Part shown: positions 60,610 to 64,000 of the stretch, in pieces
How the letters are laid out: each line of letters begins with the position of its first letter
Position numbering within the stretch: position 1 is the stretch's first letter
DNA from: Tagaea sp.
GTDB taxonomy: Bacteria > Pseudomonadota > Alphaproteobacteria > CACIAM-22H2
Reading direction: 5' to 3'
Assembly (NCBI GenBank): GCA_044378015.1
Contig: JBILXZ010000003.1
Coordinates: 17,931-81,930, forward strand
DNA length: 64,000 nucleotides
Position numbers and translations under genes: made by a program
The notes under the pieces: generated by a model
What the model saw: only the letters and a program-made list of their open reading frames with translations
What the model was told of the DNA's origin: nothing
The model's database searches: none

Positions 60610-61485
60610 ATGAGCGTTGCCGCGACAGCATCGGATGCGGTCGAACGGTTCGAGACCGCCTGGCAGAGCCAGCGCCGCGAGAAGCGGCGCCAGCTCTGGC
60701 TGGGCGGCCTCGTGCTGCTCGTGTGCGTGGCTCTGGCGTCGTACATGGCCGAGGTCAATCCGCGCAATCTGATCGAAGGCCTGCCCGGAGCGTGGAACTA
60801 CATTTGGCGCACGGTGCCCGTGCTGCGCATCGAAACCTTCCGCGCCGACATGGCGGAATGGTATTGGGGCTTCTGGCACTGGCTCAAACTGTTGTTCGAA
60901 ACGATCCTGATCGCGGGCCTTGCCACATTGATCGCGTTCGGGGCCGCCTATGCCGGCTGCTTCTACGCGTCGGCCAATCTCAACGGCTCGCGTACGGGCG
61001 TTTGGATCGTGCGGCGCGTTTTCGAGATTTTCCGCGCTGTCCCTGAACTCGTCTACGCGCTGATCTTCGTGTTCGCGTTCGGCCTCGGTGCCTTCCCGGG
61101 CATGCTGGCGATCGCGATCCATTCGACGGGCGCGCTGGGCAAGCTCTTTGCCGAAGTGAACGAAAACGTCGATACGCGCTCGGTCGAGGGCGTGCAGTCG
61201 GCCGGTGCTTCGTGGTGGCAGACGATGGTGTTCGCGGTGTCGCCGCAGGTGATGCCGAACTACGTGAGTTACGCGCTGCTGCGCTTCGAGATCAATGTGC
61301 GCTCTGCCGCCGTGCTGGGCTTCGTGGGTGCGGGCGGCATCGGCGAAGAATTGCTGCTCGCCGTGCGCCAATTCATCTATCCGGAGATCTCGGCCATCCT
61401 CCTGATGATCATCGCGACCGTCGCGGTCATCGACATGGTGTGCGAACGCTTGCGCACGGGCCTGATGGGCGAGGGGCGCCAATGA
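60610..61485 (+). CDS. phnE: Phosphonate ABC transporter permease
   Basis: 6-TM permease with an EAA-like loop. Confidence 0.85.
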   Translation: MSVAATASDAVERFETAWQSQRREKRRQLWLGGLVLLVCVALASYMAEVNPRNLIEGLPGAWNYIWRTVPVLRIETFRADMAEWYWGFWHWLKLLFETILIAGLATLIAFGAAYAGCFYASANLNGSRTGVWIVRRVFEIFRAVPELVYALIFVFAFGLGAFPGMLAIAIHSTGALGKLFAEVNENVDTRSVEGVQSAGASWWQTMVFAVSPQVMPNYVSYALLRFEINVRSAAVLGFVGAGGIGEELLLAVRQFIYPEISAILLMIIATVAVIDMVCERLRTGLMGEGRQ

Positions 61486-62354
61486 CGAGTCCGCGCATGG
61501 AAACGGCCTTGCCGCACGCCAGCGAAATCGCCGCTCTGCAGACGCGCTATCCGCAGATCTATGCGGCCGAGCAGCACCGCAAGCTGAAGCAATTCGCCGT
61601 CGCGGCAGCGATCGCTTCCTTCATCGGCTTCGCCTTCTGGTGGATCGGCCTGAGCTTCGATCGGTTTATCGCCGGCCTCGGCAAGCTGGGTTGGCTGTTC
61701 CAGTTTCTGTTTCCGCCCAACAGCGGCGGCTGGTTCATGTATTTCCTGACCGGCATGGGCGAAACGCTGGCCATGGCGTTTCTGGGCACGATGCTGGCGG
61801 CCCTTGCCGCCATCCCGCTCGGCTTTCTGGCCGCGCGCAACATCGTCTCCAACCGCATCTTCCATTTCGGTATCAGGCGCAGTCTCGACGGTTTTCGCGG
61901 CGTGGACGCACTGATCTGGGCGCTCGTGTTCGTGAGCGCTGTCGGGCTTGGGCCGTTTGCGGGTGTGATGGCGCTTGCCTTATCGGATGTCGGTACGCTT
62001 TCGAAATTGTTCTCCGAAGCGATCGAGAATGTCGAGCGCGAGCAGGGCGAGGGCGTGCGCGCGGCGGGTGCAAGCAGCCTCCTTGAAACGCGCTTCTCCG
62101 TGGTGCCGCAGGTGCTGCCGGTGTTCGTGTCGAACGTGCTTTATTATTTCGAGAGCAATACGCGCTCGGCGACCGTGCTGGGCGTGGTCGGCGCTGGCGG
62201 CATTGGGCTCGCTCTTGCCGACCGTATCCGCATCAACGATTGGGACCAGGTCTGTTTCATCGTGATCATGATCCTGATCACGGTCTCGATCATCGACGTG
62301 CTGTCGCGCAGCCTGCGCGAAAAGCTCGTCGGCAAACAGCCGCTGCCGGTGTGA
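61482..62354 (+). CDS. phnE: Phosphonate ABC transporter permease (second copy)
   Basis: The ATG overlaps the upstream phnE stop (ATGA). It is paralogous to the preceding permease. Confidence 0.85.
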   Translation: MTSPRMETALPHASEIAALQTRYPQIYAAEQHRKLKQFAVAAAIASFIGFAFWWIGLSFDRFIAGLGKLGWLFQFLFPPNSGGWFMYFLTGMGETLAMAFLGTMLAALAAIPLGFLAARNIVSNRIFHFGIRRSLDGFRGVDALIWALVFVSAVGLGPFAGVMALALSDVGTLSKLFSEAIENVEREQGEGVRAAGASSLLETRFSVVPQVLPVFVSNVLYYFESNTRSATVLGVVGAGGIGLALADRIRINDWDQVCFIVIMILITVSIIDVLSRSLREKLVGKQPLPV

Positions 62355-62362
62355 GCGCGCGC

Positions 62363-63094
62363 TTACGGCGCCTCCACCATGAGCTGCACGCGGTCGGCGG
62401 CAAAGCTCGTCATGCCGAAATCGATCGGCACGTCCTCGACCGACACGTTCACGCTCTCCGTCACCAGGACGGGCCTTGCCGGCGTGAGGGCGAGCAATTC
62501 GATTTCGTCCGTCTCGGCCAAGCGTGCGGTGATGCGGGTCCATTTGCGCCGGTAGTCGGCATGGCCCAACCCCGCCATCGCTTTGGAGATCGAGCGATGC
62601 GTGCGCAGCGCTTCGGCGATGCCCGGCAGGCGCTCGGTCGGAAAGAAATGCAGCGCGTAGCTCGTCGGGCTGCCGTCGGCGCTGCCGACCGAGCGCCACG
62701 CCACGACCGGACGGCCGACGCGCAAGCCGAGCGCCTTGGCGATGGGCTTGGATGCGAACACTTCCGCGATGCCGAGAATTTCGTGGTGCGGTGCCCGGCC
62801 CTGGCGCAGCAGATTTTCCGAAAAGCGCGTGCGGGGGCCGAGCGCATATTCGACGGCCGCCCCGACAAGAAACGAGCCGCGCCCGCGTTCCACGCGCACG
62901 AGGCCGCGCTGCACCAGCCCGCCGATCGCGCGGCGCACCGTATGCCGATTCACGCCGAAGCGGCGCGCAAGCGCGCCTTCCGACTCCAAGCGCTCGCCCG
63001 GCTTGTTGCCGCGCGCGGCGATCTCGCGGAACAGCGCTTCTTCGATGCGCTTCCACACGGCCGGGCTCGTGTCGTCGCCGTAGATCGGTTCCAT
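62363..63094 (-). CDS. phnF: GntR/HutC-family transcriptional regulator (PhnF-like, UTRA effector domain)
   Basis: Has a wHTH (…ESEGALARRFGVNRHTVRRAIGGL…). It sits between phnCDEE and phnGH. Confidence 0.8.
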   Translation of the reverse strand: MEPIYGDDTSPAVWKRIEEALFREIAARGNKPGERLESEGALARRFGVNRHTVRRAIGGLVQRGLVRVERGRGSFLVGAAVEYALGPRTRFSENLLRQGRAPHHEILGIAEVFASKPIAKALGLRVGRPVVAWRSVGSADGSPTSYALHFFPTERLPGIAEALRTHRSISKAMAGLGHADYRRKWTRITARLAETDEIELLALTPARPVLVTESVNVSVEDVPIDFGMTSFAADRVQLMVEAP

Positions 63095-63176
63095 CGACGC
63101 CCCCTTTCTTGCGTCCGCAAAGCGCCACAAAAACTTCTCGGGCCCGCGCTATTCCAGATTCGGCGATCCAAACTAT

Positions 63177-63190
63177 CTTGTATAGACAAG
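63177..63190. promoter_or_regulatory. HutC-type operator inverted repeat CTTGTaTAgACAAG (copy 1) in the phnF-phnG divergent region
   Basis: Matches the GT-N-TA-N-AC core of GntR/HutC operators. The arms are perfectly inverted. Confidence 0.55.
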
Positions 63191-63213
63191 TACGTTGGAT
63201 TGGTCTAAATACA

Positions 63214-63227
63214 CTTGTATAGACAAG
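63214..63227. promoter_or_regulatory. HutC-type operator inverted repeat CTTGTaTAgACAAG (copy 2), 37 bp from copy 1 and about 15 bp upstream of the phnG start
   Basis: Identical 14-mer to copy 1. Confidence 0.55.
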
Positions 63228-63242
63228 TTGGATGATTGGCAA

Positions 63243-63707
63243 ATGACGGTTTCCCTACCCGCACCGGAACCTGCGAACGCCGCGCGCCAGCGCTGGATGC
63301 GCGTTCTGGCCAAAGCCCTGCCGAGCGAGTTGGCGCAAGCGTGTGCGGCGGTCGGCAAGATGCCGCGCACGGCCTTCGTGCGCCCGCCGGAAACGGGCTT
63401 GGCGCTGCTGCGCGGTCGTATCGGCGGTCGCGGGGCGCCGTTCAATTTCGGCGAAGCCACGGTCACGCGCTGCGTCGTGCGGATCGCGGACGACGAAACG
63501 GGACCGATGGGCTTCGGCTACGTGATGGGCCGCGACAAAAGCCGTGCGGAACAGGCGGCGTTGTTCGACGCGCTTTTGCAGCGCGGCAATGCCGCCGTCG
63601 CGCGCCAGATCGACAGGCTCGAAGCGGCGCAGACCGCGCGCGCCGCCGCGCAGTCCGCCCAGGCAGCGACCAGCAAGGTCGATTTCTTCACGCTCGTCCG
63701 GGAGTAG
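63243..63707 (+). CDS. phnG: C-P lyase complex component PhnG
   Basis: Starts MTVSLPAPEPANAARQRWMRVLAK…, with a PhnG-like sequence. Confidence 0.8.
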   Translation: MTVSLPAPEPANAARQRWMRVLAKALPSELAQACAAVGKMPRTAFVRPPETGLALLRGRIGGRGAPFNFGEATVTRCVVRIADDETGPMGFGYVMGRDKSRAEQAALFDALLQRGNAAVARQIDRLEAAQTARAAAQSAQAATSKVDFFTLVRE

Positions 63708-63710
63708 CCG

Positions 63711-64000
63711 ATGATCGCGATGCAGGCCGGTTTTGCAAACCCAGTGGACGACGCGCAAGCGGCGTTTCGCGCCGTGCTCGATGCGATGGCGCGCCCCGGG
63801 CGATTGGCGCATTTCGCCGCGCCCGCCGAATTGCCGCCCGGCTTGGGCCGCGCAGCGGCCGCTTTGGCACTCGCATTGGTCGATATGGACACGCCTGTTT
63901 GGCTAGGTCCGGCCTGTGCCCCGGCCGCCGATTGGCTTCGCTTCCATTGCAGCGCGCGCCTGGCGGCAAGCCCGTCGGCCGCGCGCTTCGCGTTCGCTGC
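63711..64000 (+). CDS. phnH: C-P lyase complex component PhnH (3' end runs off the window)
   Basis: Starts MIAMQAGFANPVDDAQAAFRAVLDAMARPGRLAHF…. Position immediately after phnG. Confidence 0.7.
   Translation, partial: MIAMQAGFANPVDDAQAAFRAVLDAMARPGRLAHFAAPAELPPGLGRAAAALALALVDMDTPVWLGPACAPAADWLRFHCSARLAASPSAARFAFA

Noticed and set aside
1-64000. Mobile elements, CRISPR arrays, rRNA genes
   Set aside because: No transposase, integrase or recombinase-like ORFs, no direct-repeat/spacer arrays and no rRNA-like conserved stretches were seen on either strand.

Overview
This window is a high-GC (about 67-68%) alphaproteobacterial chromosomal segment made up mostly of core housekeeping operons. Small-feature coordinates may be off by +/-1-2 nt, because my line-based counts disagreed with the ORF track by 1 nt at three positions. 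The core operons, in order, are: the nusA 3' end, a YlxR/DUF448 gene and infB (plus strand); then, on the minus strand, pyrF-trpF-trpB-trpA-accD-folC followed by a soluble PAS hybrid kinase; pgk; and ftsY-mtaB-dapF. Further along are ffh-rpsP-rimM-trmD-rplS, then leuC-(RDD)-leuD-leuB-asd, then aroE, gluQ and coq7-dsbB. A tRNA-Leu(CAA) is followed by a phosphonate C-P lyase locus, phnCDEE-phnF-phnGH, which runs off the 3' edge. No rRNA, CRISPR array, transposase or integrase was seen. Many long all-frame ORFs (Arg/Ala/Gly-rich translations) are antisense artefacts of the high GC content. Accessory or unusual content includes: (1) an orphan TRAP DctP-family binding protein next to a 1346-aa unorthodox hybrid kinase (Cache-like periplasmic domain, 4 PAS, HisKA, HATPase, REC, HPt) inserted among CoA-lyase/transferase/hydratase genes; (2) a BacNav-type voltage-gated channel with a non-canonical TLDGWS selectivity filter, next to a CHASE hybrid kinase; (3) a compact promoter-leader-16-aa Lys-rich ORF-terminator unit upstream of a fatty-acid hydroxylase family gene; (4) a compositionally atypical islet with a Tat-exported PD40 beta-propeller protein and a strongly SD-preceded 46-aa hydrophobic ORF; (5) AT-rich divergent control regions with inverted repeats.
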